The notes under the pieces: model-generated
Database searches by the model: none
The model's input: only the letters and a program-made list of their open reading frames with translations
Told to the model about the DNA's origin: nothing
Made by a program: the position numbers and the translations under genes
Shown: positions 16,859 to 25,904 of the stretch, piece after piece
How positions within the stretch are numbered: the first letter of the stretch is position 1
How the letters are laid out: each line of letters opens with the position of its first letter
Assembly: GCA_963628465.1 (NCBI GenBank)
Contig: CAVGEW010000003.1
Span: 10,634 to 54,926, forward strand
Direction of reading: 5' to 3'
DNA from: Agathobacter sp.
Lineage (GTDB): Bacteria; Bacillota_I; Bacilli_A; RF39; UBA660
DNA: 44,293 bases

Positions 16859-19348
16859 ATGGATAATATAGTAAAAAAAATTGAAGATTATAGTCTTGAA
16901 GAAATAATGTCAATAAGATTTGCCTCTTATGCTAAAGAAATTATACAAGATAGAGCTATCCCAGATGTTAGAGATGGACTTAAACCAGTACAAAGAAGAA
17001 TTCTTTATGCGATGTATAAAGCTGGCAATACCGCTGAAAAAGGATATATTAAGTGTGCGGCAACTGTCGGAGATGTTTTAGGTAAATTTCACCCTCATGG
17101 CGATTCATCTGTTTATGAAGCAATGGTTCGTATGTCTCAGTGGTGGAAGCAAAATCACATTTTAGTAGATATTCATGGTAATAATGGTTCCATGGATGGC
17201 GATGGACCCGCAGCTTATCGTTATACTGAAGCAAGACTATCTAAGATAAGTGGGGAACTTTTAAAAGATTTAGATAAATCAACTGTAGCGTGGTCTCCAA
17301 ACTTTGATGATAGGTTTTTAGAACCCACGGTACTTCCTGCGAAGTTTCCTAACTTACTGGTTAATGGCACAAATGGTATATCTGCGGGATATGCAACAAA
17401 TATACCACCTCATAACCTTGGGGAAGTAATTGATGCTACTATAAAGAGAATTGATTCACCTAATTGTTATCTAGATACAATCTTAGAAATAGTGAAAGGG
17501 CCAGACTTTCCAACTGGTGGTATAGCTTTTGGTAAACAAGGTATAATTGATGCTTTTAGAACTGGCCGAGGCCGAGTAATTGTTCAAGCTAAATATGAAT
17601 TTGTGAAAGAAAAAGGTAAAGAACAAATAATTATTACGGAAATACCTTTCGAAGTAAACAAACAAGCTTGTGTTGCCAAAATTGAAGGTCTTCGCATTGA
17701 TAAAAAAATCGAAGGTATATCTGAGGTTCGTGATGAGACAGATCGAACAGGTATAAGAATAGCTATTGACCTAAAACCAAATGCTAATAAAGATGTAATA
17801 ATGAAATTCTTATTTAAAAATACTGATTTGCAAATAAGTTATAACTATAATAGTGTGGCTATTGTCAACAGAACTCCAAAAACTTTAGGTATTTTGGAAA
17901 TCTTAGATGCTTACATTGCCCATAAACGTGAAGTTATTACCAAAAGAACAGAATTTGACCTAGCATATTACACTAAAAACTATAATATAGCAACAGGCTT
18001 AATTAAAGCTATATCTATCTTAGATGAAGTAATTGCTTTAATCAGAGCTAGTAAAAACAAAAGTGATGCCAAGGTTAATTTAATTAATAAATATAGCTTC
18101 ACCGAAGAACAAGCTGAAGCTATTGTAACACTTCAACTTTATAGATTGACAAATACTGATATTGTGGTTCTTGAGGAAGAATGTGAAAAACTAAAGGGTC
18201 TAATCGAAGAATGTAATAAAATTTTAAATGATGAAAATGAACTAAAAAATGTTATGAAATCAGAACTTAGGGAAATAAAGAAAAACTATGCAACTCCAAG
18301 AAAGACAGAAATTAGAGATGAAATCGTTGATATTAAGGTAGATGTAAAGGAAATGATACCTGATGAAAATGTAGTTGTCGTAGTAACAAATGATGGTTAT
18401 GTAAAAAGGGTAAGTACTAAAAGTTTTAAAACTAGTGAAGAAGAAACTACTTTAAAACCTGGAGACTTTGTAACTGCAAAATACTTAACATCTACAAGAA
18501 GTAATTTACTTTTATTTACGAATCTTGGTAATTATTTGTTTGTACCTGTTCATATCTTACCTGAAACAAAATGGAAAGACTTAGGTAAACATATAAGTAA
18601 TACTATTATGATAAAAGAAAATGAAAGAATTGTATCTTCTTTAATAATGAAAGATTTAGATAAAAATGTCTCTCTATTTACAAAAAATGGCCTTGTTAAA
18701 CAAGTACCTTTAAAAGATTTTGAAGTAACTAGATATTCTAAACCAATGATGGCTATAAAACTAAAAGATGGTGATGAGTTAATTAGTGCAGATATTTCTA
18801 AAGAAGAAGTTTTATTTGTAACTAATAATGGATTATCTTTAAGATTTGCCACTAGCGAAATTCCTGTTGTAGGACCTAAAGCAAGTGGAGTTAAGGGTAT
18901 TAACTTAAAAGATGATTATGTTGTTTTAGGGAGCCCTATAAACGAAGAAGAATATTTAAATGTCTTTACTAATTTTAAAACAATTAAAAGATTAAAATTA
19001 TCTGATATAACTAGTATATCAAGAGCTAAGAAAGGCAATATGCTATTTAAAAAAGCAAAGACTAAAGATTATAAAATAAGCTATGCTTATTTAACAAGTA
19101 CTAAAGATATAAATATATACAAAGATGGAACAGACTTCCACGAAATAAAAAATAGTGATATACCTATCATGGATACTTCGTCAACGGGAAGTGCTGTTAA
19201 ATATAATTATGATTTATTTACTTTAAAAAAAGAGTTAATAGATTTAACTAGGAAAAGTGAAGTAAACGAAGAAGAAACTTTAGAAAAACCAAATCAAAAA
19301 GAAGAACAATTGTCTTTTGCATCTTTCATAGATGATTTTAAGATATGA
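16859..19348 (+). CDS. parC: DNA topoisomerase IV subunit A
   Basis: RAIPDVRDGLKPVQRRILYAM, HPHGDSSVYEAMVRMSQ and AYRYTEARL (active-site Tyr). The CTD has PETKWKDLGKHISN (B. subtilis ParC-like RWKDLGQHI). I saw no GyrA-box QRRGGKG. Confidence 0.8.
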   Translation: MDNIVKKIEDYSLEEIMSIRFASYAKEIIQDRAIPDVRDGLKPVQRRILYAMYKAGNTAEKGYIKCAATVGDVLGKFHPHGDSSVYEAMVRMSQWWKQNHILVDIHGNNGSMDGDGPAAYRYTEARLSKISGELLKDLDKSTVAWSPNFDDRFLEPTVLPAKFPNLLVNGTNGISAGYATNIPPHNLGEVIDATIKRIDSPNCYLDTILEIVKGPDFPTGGIAFGKQGIIDAFRTGRGRVIVQAKYEFVKEKGKEQIIITEIPFEVNKQACVAKIEGLRIDKKIEGISEVRDETDRTGIRIAIDLKPNANKDVIMKFLFKNTDLQISYNYNSVAIVNRTPKTLGILEILDAYIAHKREVITKRTEFDLAYYTKNYNIATGLIKAISILDEVIALIRASKNKSDAKVNLINKYSFTEEQAEAIVTLQLYRLTNTDIVVLEEECEKLKGLIEECNKILNDENELKNVMKSELREIKKNYATPRKTEIRDEIVDIKVDVKEMIPDENVVVVVTNDGYVKRVSTKSFKTSEEETTLKPGDFVTAKYLTSTRSNLLLFTNLGNYLFVPVHILPETKWKDLGKHISNTIMIKENERIVSSLIMKDLDKNVSLFTKNGLVKQVPLKDFEVTRYSKPMMAIKLKDGDELISADISKEEVLFVTNNGLSLRFATSEIPVVGPKASGVKGINLKDDYVVLGSPINEEEYLNVFTNFKTIKRLKLSDITSISRAKKGNMLFKKAKTKDYKISYAYLTSTKDINIYKDGTDFHEIKNSDIPIMDTSSTGSAVKYNYDLFTLKKELIDLTRKSEVNEEETLEKPNQKEEQLSFASFIDDFKI

Positions 19349-19457
19349 ATTAATATTTTATGATTGAAAAGACTACATGAAATAAGAATAATATAATCCT
19401 AAGTTTTTTAGGTTGCATTTTCTTTAAAACTATGTTATTCTAGTGTCAGAATAGGAG

Positions 19458-20231
19458 ATGGAAAATATGGATAAAAACAAATCGTTTTATCTAACACTTG
19501 TGGTTATATTTTGTGTGGTACTTTCAGGGCTCGGTGGTTATTTCATAGGTATAAACTTTGGCAAAGGTGAAGTTGTTGTAAGGAAAAATGATAACAATGA
19601 TAACAAAGTAATTGAAAAAGAATCTAAAGAAGAGGATGATATTGAAGTTTTAGAATTAACTAGCTCAGTAAATGTTGCTATATATAATTATTTACAAAGT
19701 GATAGTACTGATTTAATTAGTTATCTAAATGGTTTAAGTAATAGTCAAAAACTATATGTCGCTGGTCTTCAAGGTGATGATACTTTTACTAATTTAAAAG
19801 AAGATTTAGTTGATTTATTTGGCACAGATTTAAATATTAAAGCTGAAGACTATTATGTTGGTAATACTTTGCAAGCTACTTACAATGCTGAATCTGACAA
19901 ATATACATGGGTAGGTGACTATGATTTATTGTTTGATTTTGAATCTAAGGAAGTGTTTAATTATAGGTTAGAAAACACTACTATAAAAGATGATGAATAT
20001 GTTGTTACTTTTTATGGTTTATATACTTCTAGTGATAACATAGGCCCTACGACTGCCACAAATGACAAAAACATTAATTGTTTACTTGATTATGAAGAAA
20101 ACCAAGATACATCAAATGACGAATGTTTAGACAATGCTTTTGTTAACAGTAAAGATGATTTCTTAAAGATTAGTTATATTTATAAAAAAATAAATGATAA
20201 ATATGTTTTAGTTGATGTTAAATTAGTTTAA
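19458..20231 (+). CDS. Hypothetical membrane-anchored extracellular protein
   Basis: N-terminal TM (FYLTLVVIFCVVLSGLGGYFIGI). The likely start is the ATG at 19467. No family recognised. Confidence 0.6.
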   Translation: MENMDKNKSFYLTLVVIFCVVLSGLGGYFIGINFGKGEVVVRKNDNNDNKVIEKESKEEDDIEVLELTSSVNVAIYNYLQSDSTDLISYLNGLSNSQKLYVAGLQGDDTFTNLKEDLVDLFGTDLNIKAEDYYVGNTLQATYNAESDKYTWVGDYDLLFDFESKEVFNYRLENTTIKDDEYVVTFYGLYTSSDNIGPTTATNDKNINCLLDYEENQDTSNDECLDNAFVNSKDDFLKISYIYKKINDKYVLVDVKLV

Positions 20232-20237
20232 TTCTAG

Positions 20238-20268
20238 GAAATAGTTATAAAAGACTATTTCTTTTTTT
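20238..20268 (+). terminator. Intrinsic terminator
   Basis: GAAATAGT / ACTATTTC stem with an 8-nt loop, followed by TTTTTTT. Confidence 0.65.
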
Positions 20269-20304
20269 ATATAATTTCATATACTACCTTAGGGAGGATA
20301 ACTT

Positions 20305-20691
20305 ATGAATGAATTATCAAATACTATAAATGCCGCGGGAACTTATGATGATACACCTATCTCTTTAACATCAAATACTAATGTAGTTAAGATAATTGAT
20401 GGTTTAACTTTAAAATTAGAGGCTGATAGGAAATATTGGAAGGATGGTAATTTAAAGTATTCAATTACTTTAGATAATGCAACTGATGTAAGCTATACAA
20501 CAGTAACTTTGACAGATGTTTTAGATACAACCTATATCTCTTTTGTAGATGGAACTGTGGAAATTGATGGTGCTAAGGCAACTTCGGATCAGTATAGTTA
20601 TAATGAGGCAAGCCATACTCTTACAGTGAATTTAGCTAGTGTTGATGCTCAGAGTAATACAACGATAACTTTTGAAGTAAAAAAAAAATAA
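20305..20691 (+). CDS. DUF11-like (conserved repeat domain) protein, 5' part; reading frame ends in an A10 tract
   Basis: GGGAGG RBS. The beta-rich pattern VTLTDVLDTTYISFVDGTVEIDG...TITFEVKKK is typical of DUF11/CARDB-like domains. The stop TAA at 20689-20691 directly follows the A run at 20679-20688. Confidence 0.65.
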   Translation: MNELSNTINAAGTYDDTPISLTSNTNVVKIIDGLTLKLEADRKYWKDGNLKYSITLDNATDVSYTTVTLTDVLDTTYISFVDGTVEIDGAKATSDQYSYNEASHTLTVNLASVDAQSNTTITFEVKKK

Positions 20692-20840
20692 ATGATTTCT
20701 TTATTTTACAAAACAATGTTCAAGCTATTTTAAGTGATGGAACTGTAAACAAAAGTAATATACTTAAAATATTAAGTCCTATCAATAGGTGGTGTACTGT
20801 AAATAACTATGGATGTGGAGTTCCTTATTTTAGAATTTAA
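20688..20840 (+). other. Out-of-frame 50-codon continuation of the DUF11-like gene
   Basis: With one extra A in the tract, the frame reads on as INDFFILQNNVQAILSDGTVNKSNILKILSPINRWCTVNNYGCGVPYFRI with no stop until the TAA at 20838-20840. Confidence 0.55.
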
Positions 20841-20868
20841 TTAATATGTTAATCATAAACTTATATAG

Positions 20869-21228
20869 GTGATATATTTGAAACAAGAAGAATTTAAAAA
20901 CTTTGTAAGAACTAAGCCAGAACTTATAAAGTTTGTTCAAAATGGTGAAATGACTTGGCAAAAATTTTATGAAATATATGATTTATATGGGAGTGATGAA
21001 AAGGTTTGGAACAAGTATATCTTAGATGATAGAGATTCAAGTATCTCAAAGATAACTAACATGGTTAAAAATGTTGATATGGACTCTATCAAAAGCCATA
21101 TTAATACTGCTCAAAAAGCCATTGATTTTGTATCTGATTTAACTAAAAAGAACCCTGTTTCTACGGTGGATAGCTTAACTAAAGGCCCAGTTTCCCCAAG
21201 GCCTTTAAATAAATTCTTTGAGGATTAG
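20869..21228 (+). CDS. ylbD: YlbD-like protein (putative coat-protein family)
   Basis: EEFKNFVRTKPELIKFVQNGEMTWQKFYEIYDLYGSDEKVW resembles, from memory, B. subtilis YlbD (EEFKEFVKKHP.LI..V..G..TWQELYE.W.L.GE.D..W). It is followed by a ylbE-like gene, as in Bacillus. The start codon is uncertain (GTG 20869 or TTG 20878). Confidence 0.5.
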   Translation: MIYLKQEEFKNFVRTKPELIKFVQNGEMTWQKFYEIYDLYGSDEKVWNKYILDDRDSSISKITNMVKNVDMDSIKSHINTAQKAIDFVSDLTKKNPVSTVDSLTKGPVSPRPLNKFFED

Positions 21229-21450
21229 ATGGAAAAGTACTTGCAGATAAGTTTTAGGGGGGATTCTAAATCATACAATCTTCTTAAAGAAAACTCCTAT
21301 TATTTTAAAGGGTTAAACAGAGGCACTATAGACTATAAGACTTTTGTATCCGATATGAAAGCTAAATATAAACAAAGAACAACTGATAAATTAGAAAGTT
21401 TAATGGACAACATGGAACTTGTAAGTTCTGTTTTAAATGTATTAAAATAG
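21229..21450 (+). CDS. ylbE: YlbE-like small protein
   Basis: 73 aa, starting immediately after the ylbD-like stop. Its size and position match the ylbD-ylbE pair. Sequence similarity was judged only from memory. Confidence 0.45.
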   Translation: MEKYLQISFRGDSKSYNLLKENSYYFKGLNRGTIDYKTFVSDMKAKYKQRTTDKLESLMDNMELVSSVLNVLK

Positions 21451-21490
21451 TAAAATTTACTCATACTTAATAAAAAGAGACGAAATTCTA

Positions 21491-21519
21491 TTGACTTAAT
21501 TGCAAAAATATTGTAAATT
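21491..21519 (+). promoter_or_regulatory. Candidate promoter of the pilin gene
   Basis: TTGACT (21491-21496), a 17-nt spacer, then TAAATT (21514-21519). Confidence 0.35.
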
Positions 21520-21540
21520 AATAATAGAAAGGAGTTCAAT

Positions 21541-22014
21541 ATGAAGAATATTAAAAATGAACACGGTTTTACTTTGATCGAATTGTTAGCAGTTATAGTT
21601 GTTTTAGCAATTGTATTATTAATGGGGGCAATGGCAGTTATTCCAAGAATGACTGAAGCAAGAAAGCAAACTTTTGCACTCGAAGCAAATACAGCAATCC
21701 AAGGAGCTCAACAATATTTGATGGGCAATGAATTAAAGTCAAAAAGTGATGCGAACAAAGTTTTTCCAACTTCCACTAATGGAACAGTGTGTGTAACAAT
21801 TGGAGAATTAAGAACATCTGGTACAATTGATTTTGAAGATACTTATGTGGGAAAAATTATTGTGACTAAGACTAGTGATAATACTTATACCTATAAAATA
21901 TCTATGACTAATGGTACACTTAAAGTTAAAGATGCAGGTGAATCTGGTGATGTCACATCTGACTTAGTATCAGATTATGCTTCCACAGATAACATTACAG
22001 ATACATGTTCTTAG
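21541..22014 (+). CDS. Type IV pilin / ComGC-like prepilin with N-terminal cleavage-methylation motif
   Basis: MKNIKNEHG|FTLIELLAVIVVLAIVLL is a class III signal peptide (G-FTLIE). GGAG RBS. No pilus or competence machinery genes are nearby. Confidence 0.8.
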   Translation: MKNIKNEHGFTLIELLAVIVVLAIVLLMGAMAVIPRMTEARKQTFALEANTAIQGAQQYLMGNELKSKSDANKVFPTSTNGTVCVTIGELRTSGTIDFEDTYVGKIIVTKTSDNTYTYKISMTNGTLKVKDAGESGDVTSDLVSDYASTDNITDTCS

Positions 22015-22050
22015 TAGTTAGATAATAAAAGTATTTTTTAAATTGAGCTA

Positions 22051-22076
22051 AACTTCCAATTTTGGAAGTTTTTCTT
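22051..22076 (+). terminator. Intrinsic terminator after the pilin gene
   Basis: AACTTCCAA / TTGGAAGTT inverted repeat followed by TTTTCTTTT. Confidence 0.7.
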
Positions 22077-22119
22077 TTGCAAAACTTTCTTGTGTGATAT
22101 AATAAGGGTGGTGTTGGTA

Positions 22120-22764
22120 ATGAAATTGTTTTTAAGATTTGGTAATTTTCTTGTCTTAGGTTTAATTATTATCCTTGCAATTATATCTTTTTATAAGACA
22201 GGTATATATGATAAGATATTTAAAAAAACTACTTCGGTTGAAATAATTAAAAGTGATATAGATAAAGATAATGATGGAATAGATGATTATACAGATATTT
22301 TGGAAGGAGCTAAAAAGTTTATTGAAGATAAACCTAAATATAAAAGCAAATACTATGATGGAGGGTATCCTACTGATGAATATAGGGTGTGTACGGATTT
22401 AATCTGGTATGCCCTAGATAATGCGGGTTATGATTTTAAAACATTAATTGATGAAGATATAAAGAATAATAAAGATGAATATGATAGTGATGTTGGGGAT
22501 ACAAATATTGATTTTAGAAGAGTTAGAAACATTAAAGTTTACCTAGATCGAAATGTCTTATCACTTGATTTAGATAAAGATTTTAATCCTGGTGATATTG
22601 TAGTTTATAAAAATTATATAGCTATAGTTAGTGATAAACAAAATAAAGATGGAGAAAATTATATAATTCACCAACATGCCTTTTATAATTATGAAGATGA
22701 TGGCCTTTTTAGAGAAAAAATCATAGGTCATTATAGATGGGAGTTAAAAAATGGAAACAAATAA
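22120..22764 (+). CDS. DUF1287 domain-containing protein, membrane-anchored
   Basis: YYDGGYPTDEYRVCTDLIWYALDNAGYDFKTLIDEDI...NIDFRRVRNI...PGDIVVY matches the DUF1287 pattern. The track start at 22090 lies inside a TATAAT box, so the ATG at 22120 after AAGGGTGGTG is preferred. Confidence 0.7.
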   Translation: MKLFLRFGNFLVLGLIIILAIISFYKTGIYDKIFKKTTSVEIIKSDIDKDNDGIDDYTDILEGAKKFIEDKPKYKSKYYDGGYPTDEYRVCTDLIWYALDNAGYDFKTLIDEDIKNNKDEYDSDVGDTNIDFRRVRNIKVYLDRNVLSLDLDKDFNPGDIVVYKNYIAIVSDKQNKDGENYIIHQHAFYNYEDDGLFREKIIGHYRWELKNGNK

Positions 22765-23260
22765 AAGAAAAGAAAAATTAGTAAAAGCTTTAATAAATAG
22801 AGACTTTGAAATTAAGGATGAAGATGAATTAATCGAAATGCTTTTAGATAACCCAACAGCGATAGATTCTGATAAAGAAGAAGACGAAAGAAGAACTTAT
22901 GGAGATAAACTTGCTGATAAAGTAACAGAAATTGCTGGTTCGTGGGGGTTTATCATAGGTTTTTGTCTATTTTTAATAATGTGGATGTTTATAAACACTA
23001 TCTTAATTGTTAAATTTGATGAATATCCCTTTATTTTACTTAATCTAATTTTATCTTGTATTGCTGCTTTACAAGCACCCGTGATTATGATGAGTCAAAA
23101 TAGAGCGGCTAAAAAAGATAGTCTAAGAAGTTTAAATGATTATAAAACTGATTTAAAAAGTGAACTTATACTTGAAGTATTACATGAACAAATTAAAGAT
23201 ATTCAAGCAAGTCAAAGAAAGATATTAAGATTACTTGATAAAGATGATGAAAGTAAGTAA
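22751..23260 (+). CDS. DUF1003 domain-containing membrane protein
   Basis: GSWGFIIGFCLFLIMWMFINT...DEYPFILLNLILSCIAALQAPVIMMSQNRAAKKD matches the DUF1003 pattern. It overlaps the upstream gene by 14 nt. Confidence 0.7.
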   Translation: METNKRKEKLVKALINRDFEIKDEDELIEMLLDNPTAIDSDKEEDERRTYGDKLADKVTEIAGSWGFIIGFCLFLIMWMFINTILIVKFDEYPFILLNLILSCIAALQAPVIMMSQNRAAKKDSLRSLNDYKTDLKSELILEVLHEQIKDIQASQRKILRLLDKDDESK

Positions 23261-23286
23261 ATTTTAAATAAAGGAGGGTGAGAGTA

Positions 23287-24105
23287 ATGAAGAAAAAAAC
23301 TGTTATAATTGTAAGTGTTGTCGTAGGTGTTGTCTTTCTTATTCTCGGAATGTTATCTAGTTTAGTCTATTATAATAGGGATACTATTTTTAAAAATAAC
23401 ATAGATGTTGCCAGTTCAAAGGAAGCTGCAAATGAAGAAAAGAAAGAAACAATAGTTAATGAGGATAAAATTGTTACAAATGAAGTAAAAGAAGAAAATA
23501 GTAAATCTACAAGTAATATAAAAGAAGATTCTAGTGAAGTAAAGAAAGATACTTCCAAGGAAGTAGAAAGTAAAAATGATACAATAAATGAAGTTGAATA
23601 TAGTAGTGAAGATAAAACCGTTATAAATGAAATGGAAAATACTTTAAATACTATTGATAATTTAGATAATGATAAAGATATTTCTTCAAAAGCTAAAGCT
23701 ACCTTTGTAAGTATTGTTGATTTTCTTTTCTATGATGGGGAAATAGAAGGAGTTACTTTTGATATGCTTACAACAAATGGTAAGGAAAAAGTGTTAGAGT
23801 TAGCCCAAAAAATAGATGCTAAATTTGAAGAAAAAGTCCCAGGTTATAAAGAAAGTATCTCTAGTGGTACTAAGAAAGCTTATACTAAAGCTAGTGAACT
23901 TATTAAAAAAGGTGCTAATAACTTAAATGATTTTGCTAAAGAAAAACTAGGGGAAGAAAATTATAATTCTATAATAGATGCAAAAGATGAATTAGTTAAA
24001 TATACTAAGAATGCCTTTAGTTTAATTAAGAGTTCTAGTTCTAAATTATTTACAAGTACTAAAGATAAGTTAAATGATTGGTATCAAAATTTTAAAAATA
24101 AATAA
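23287..24105 (+). CDS. Hypothetical membrane-anchored Lys/Glu-rich protein
   Basis: ATG 9 nt after AGGAGGG (the track start is GTG 23278). N-terminal TM (VIIVSVVVGVVFLILGMLSSLVYY) followed by a low-complexity K/E/S-rich region. Confidence 0.6.
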   Translation: MKKKTVIIVSVVVGVVFLILGMLSSLVYYNRDTIFKNNIDVASSKEAANEEKKETIVNEDKIVTNEVKEENSKSTSNIKEDSSEVKKDTSKEVESKNDTINEVEYSSEDKTVINEMENTLNTIDNLDNDKDISSKAKATFVSIVDFLFYDGEIEGVTFDMLTTNGKEKVLELAQKIDAKFEEKVPGYKESISSGTKKAYTKASELIKKGANNLNDFAKEKLGEENYNSIIDAKDELVKYTKNAFSLIKSSSSKLFTSTKDKLNDWYQNFKNK

Positions 24106-24124
24106 ATATGTCAACAAAAAATAG

Positions 24125-24153
24125 TTGACACATATAGTTTTATATGGTAATAT
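24125..24153 (+). promoter_or_regulatory. Strong sigma-A promoter of rpsP
   Basis: TTGACA (24125-24130), a 17-nt spacer, then an extended -10 TGgTAATAT (24145-24153). Confidence 0.6.
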
Positions 24154-24185
24154 TTATTTAGTTAATTTAGTGAGGAGGAAAAAAT

Positions 24186-24458
24186 ATGGCAGTTAAATTA
24201 AGACTTAAAAGAATGGGTGCTAAACAAAAACCATTCTATCGTATCGTAGCGGCTGATTCAAGATCTCCAAGAGATGGAAGATTTATTGAAACAGTTGGTA
24301 CATACAATCCTGTTGCAAATCCAGCTGAAGTAAAAATCAATAAGGAGCTTGCAATGAAATGGCTAAATAATGGAGCTGAACCTACTGATACAGTAAGAGC
24401 ATTATTTAGAAAAGAAGGCATCCTAGAAGAATTCGCAGCAAGTAAAAAGGGTAAATAA
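24186..24458 (+). CDS. rpsP: 30S ribosomal protein S16
   Basis: [42 protein letters not shown] is the canonical bS16 N-terminus. GAGGAGG RBS. Confidence 0.95.
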   Translation: MAVKLRLKRMGAKQKPFYRIVAADSRSPRDGRFIETVGTYNPVANPAEVKINKELAMKWLNNGAEPTDTVRALFRKEGILEEFAASKKGK

Positions 24459-24460
24459 TT

Positions 24461-24703
24461 ATGAATATTGTAGAGTACACTGAATTTTTAGTTAAAAGTC
24501 TTGTTGAAGACCCAGAAATGGTTAAAGCTGAAGAATTAAAAGAAGATGGTTTTACTATTATTGAAGTAATGGTACCTGATGCCCAAATGAAATATGTCAT
24601 AGGTAAGGCAGGCAAGAATGCTCATGCTCTTAGAACTTTGGTTTATGCTTATGCATATATTCATAAAATGCACAAAATCAAATTAAATATTGAAGCTTTT
24701 TAA
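24461..24703 (+). CDS. ylqC: KH-domain RNA-binding protein (YlqC family)
   Basis: 80 aa immediately after rpsP, with the KH motif VIGKAGKNAHALRTL. Confidence 0.85.
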   Translation: MNIVEYTEFLVKSLVEDPEMVKAEELKEDGFTIIEVMVPDAQMKYVIGKAGKNAHALRTLVYAYAYIHKMHKIKLNIEAF

Positions 24704-24743
24704 TTAAGTAGAAATATTTAATTTTTTTAAAGAGGGAGGGTTT

Positions 24744-25058
24744 ATGTATTTAGAAAAGGTTATTTTATCAAAGAATCAAGCTCAAAATATTATGAAAAAT
24801 TATCTTGTAAAAATAGTTGATTTTGTAAATGGCGAAATAGAAAGAACAGAAAATGGAGCTTATCTAATAGATACTTTTAGTTATCGCTATGAAGAGTTAA
24901 AAAGAATGAAAACTATAACTACAAAATCATATTTTGATATTCTAAGAATGGCCTTATTAGATTCAGGTTATTCTGTTAAGTATATTAAAGAATTTTACCG
25001 AGGTAATGAAGTAAAATATGAGTGCTTTTATGAATTAGTAAGTAAAAAAGGAAGATAG
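24744..25058 (+). CDS. Hypothetical protein
   Basis: 104-aa ORF with a GAGGGAGGG RBS. No family recognised. Confidence 0.55.
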   Translation: MYLEKVILSKNQAQNIMKNYLVKIVDFVNGEIERTENGAYLIDTFSYRYEELKRMKTITTKSYFDILRMALLDSGYSVKYIKEFYRGNEVKYECFYELVSKKGR

Positions 25059-25060
25059 TT

Positions 25061-25681
25061 ATGAAATGTTTTTTAAAAAGTATTTTGGCAGGAATTATGA
25101 TTGCCATTGGTGGTACAGTTTTTTTATCAGTTGAAAATAAAATTGTTGGTGCATCATTATTCTCAATTGGTTTAATTGGAGTTCTTGTATATAATTTTAA
25201 TTTATATACAGGTAAAATTGGTTATTTAGTTAATAATTTTAATTTAAAATATATTAAAGACTTGATTATTATATTAATTGGTAACTTCGTAGGTTCTGCT
25301 TTCGTAGGTTTTATACTTAGGTTTACAAGAATTTATAACTCTATTAATGCTAAAGCTAATATTTTAGCTAGTGCTAAGTTAAATGATAATTTATTAAGTA
25401 TATTTGTTTTATCTATTTTTTGTGGAATGCTTATGTATTTTGCTGTAACTGGCTTTAAAACAATTAGTGATTTTGGTAAATATGTCGTTGTATATTTAGG
25501 TGTCGTAGTATTTATTATTTCTGGCTTTGAACACTGCATTGCTAATATTTATTATTTTTCAGTAGCAGATGTTTGGTCACTTAAAACTTTAGGCTATGTA
25601 GCTATGATGGTTTTAGGTAATTCTCTTGGGGGCTGCGTTATACCCACATTTAATCTATTTACAAAGGAGGTGCAAAAGTGA
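25061..25681 (+). CDS. Formate/nitrite transporter (FNT) family membrane protein, short form
   Basis: Polytopic, with SGFEHCIANIYYF resembling the FNT signature (G)FEHSIANM. At 206 aa it is shorter than classical FocA/NirC. Confidence 0.55.
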   Translation: MKCFLKSILAGIMIAIGGTVFLSVENKIVGASLFSIGLIGVLVYNFNLYTGKIGYLVNNFNLKYIKDLIIILIGNFVGSAFVGFILRFTRIYNSINAKANILASAKLNDNLLSIFVLSIFCGMLMYFAVTGFKTISDFGKYVVVYLGVVVFIISGFEHCIANIYYFSVADVWSLKTLGYVAMMVLGNSLGGCVIPTFNLFTKEVQK

Positions 25682-25788
25682 AAACATTTAAGAAAAATTT
25701 ACCTGAAGGCGTAAAAAAACAATTTGCTTTGTATAAAGGTGTTAAAGTAAGATTAATTAACAAAAACACCAAAAAGAAAGCTAAATAG
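25678..25788 (+). CDS. Candidate 36-aa highly basic peptide, translationally coupled to the FNT gene
   Basis: The GTG overlaps the FNT TGA stop (GTGA). AGGAGG lies 7 nt upstream. Translation: VKTFKKNLPEGVKKQFALYKGVKVRLINKNTKKKAK. Confidence 0.35.
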   Translation: MKTFKKNLPEGVKKQFALYKGVKVRLINKNTKKKAK

Positions 25789-25904
25789 TTCAAAATTCGC
25801 CAAAATATGACAAAAGGGATGAAAATCTCTTTTTTTTCGACAAAACTTCTTGTGTACTTTCTTATTTTTAAGTGTTAAAGTATATCTCGAGGAGGAAAAT
25901 TTAT

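Noticed and set aside
14929-19348. Calling the type IIA topoisomerase pair gyrB/gyrA
   Set aside because: The A subunit CTD lacks a GyrA box (QRRGGKG) and carries the ParC-like KWKDLGKHI motif. There is also no dnaA/dnaN/recF context. parE/parC is more likely, but phylogeny is needed to confirm it.
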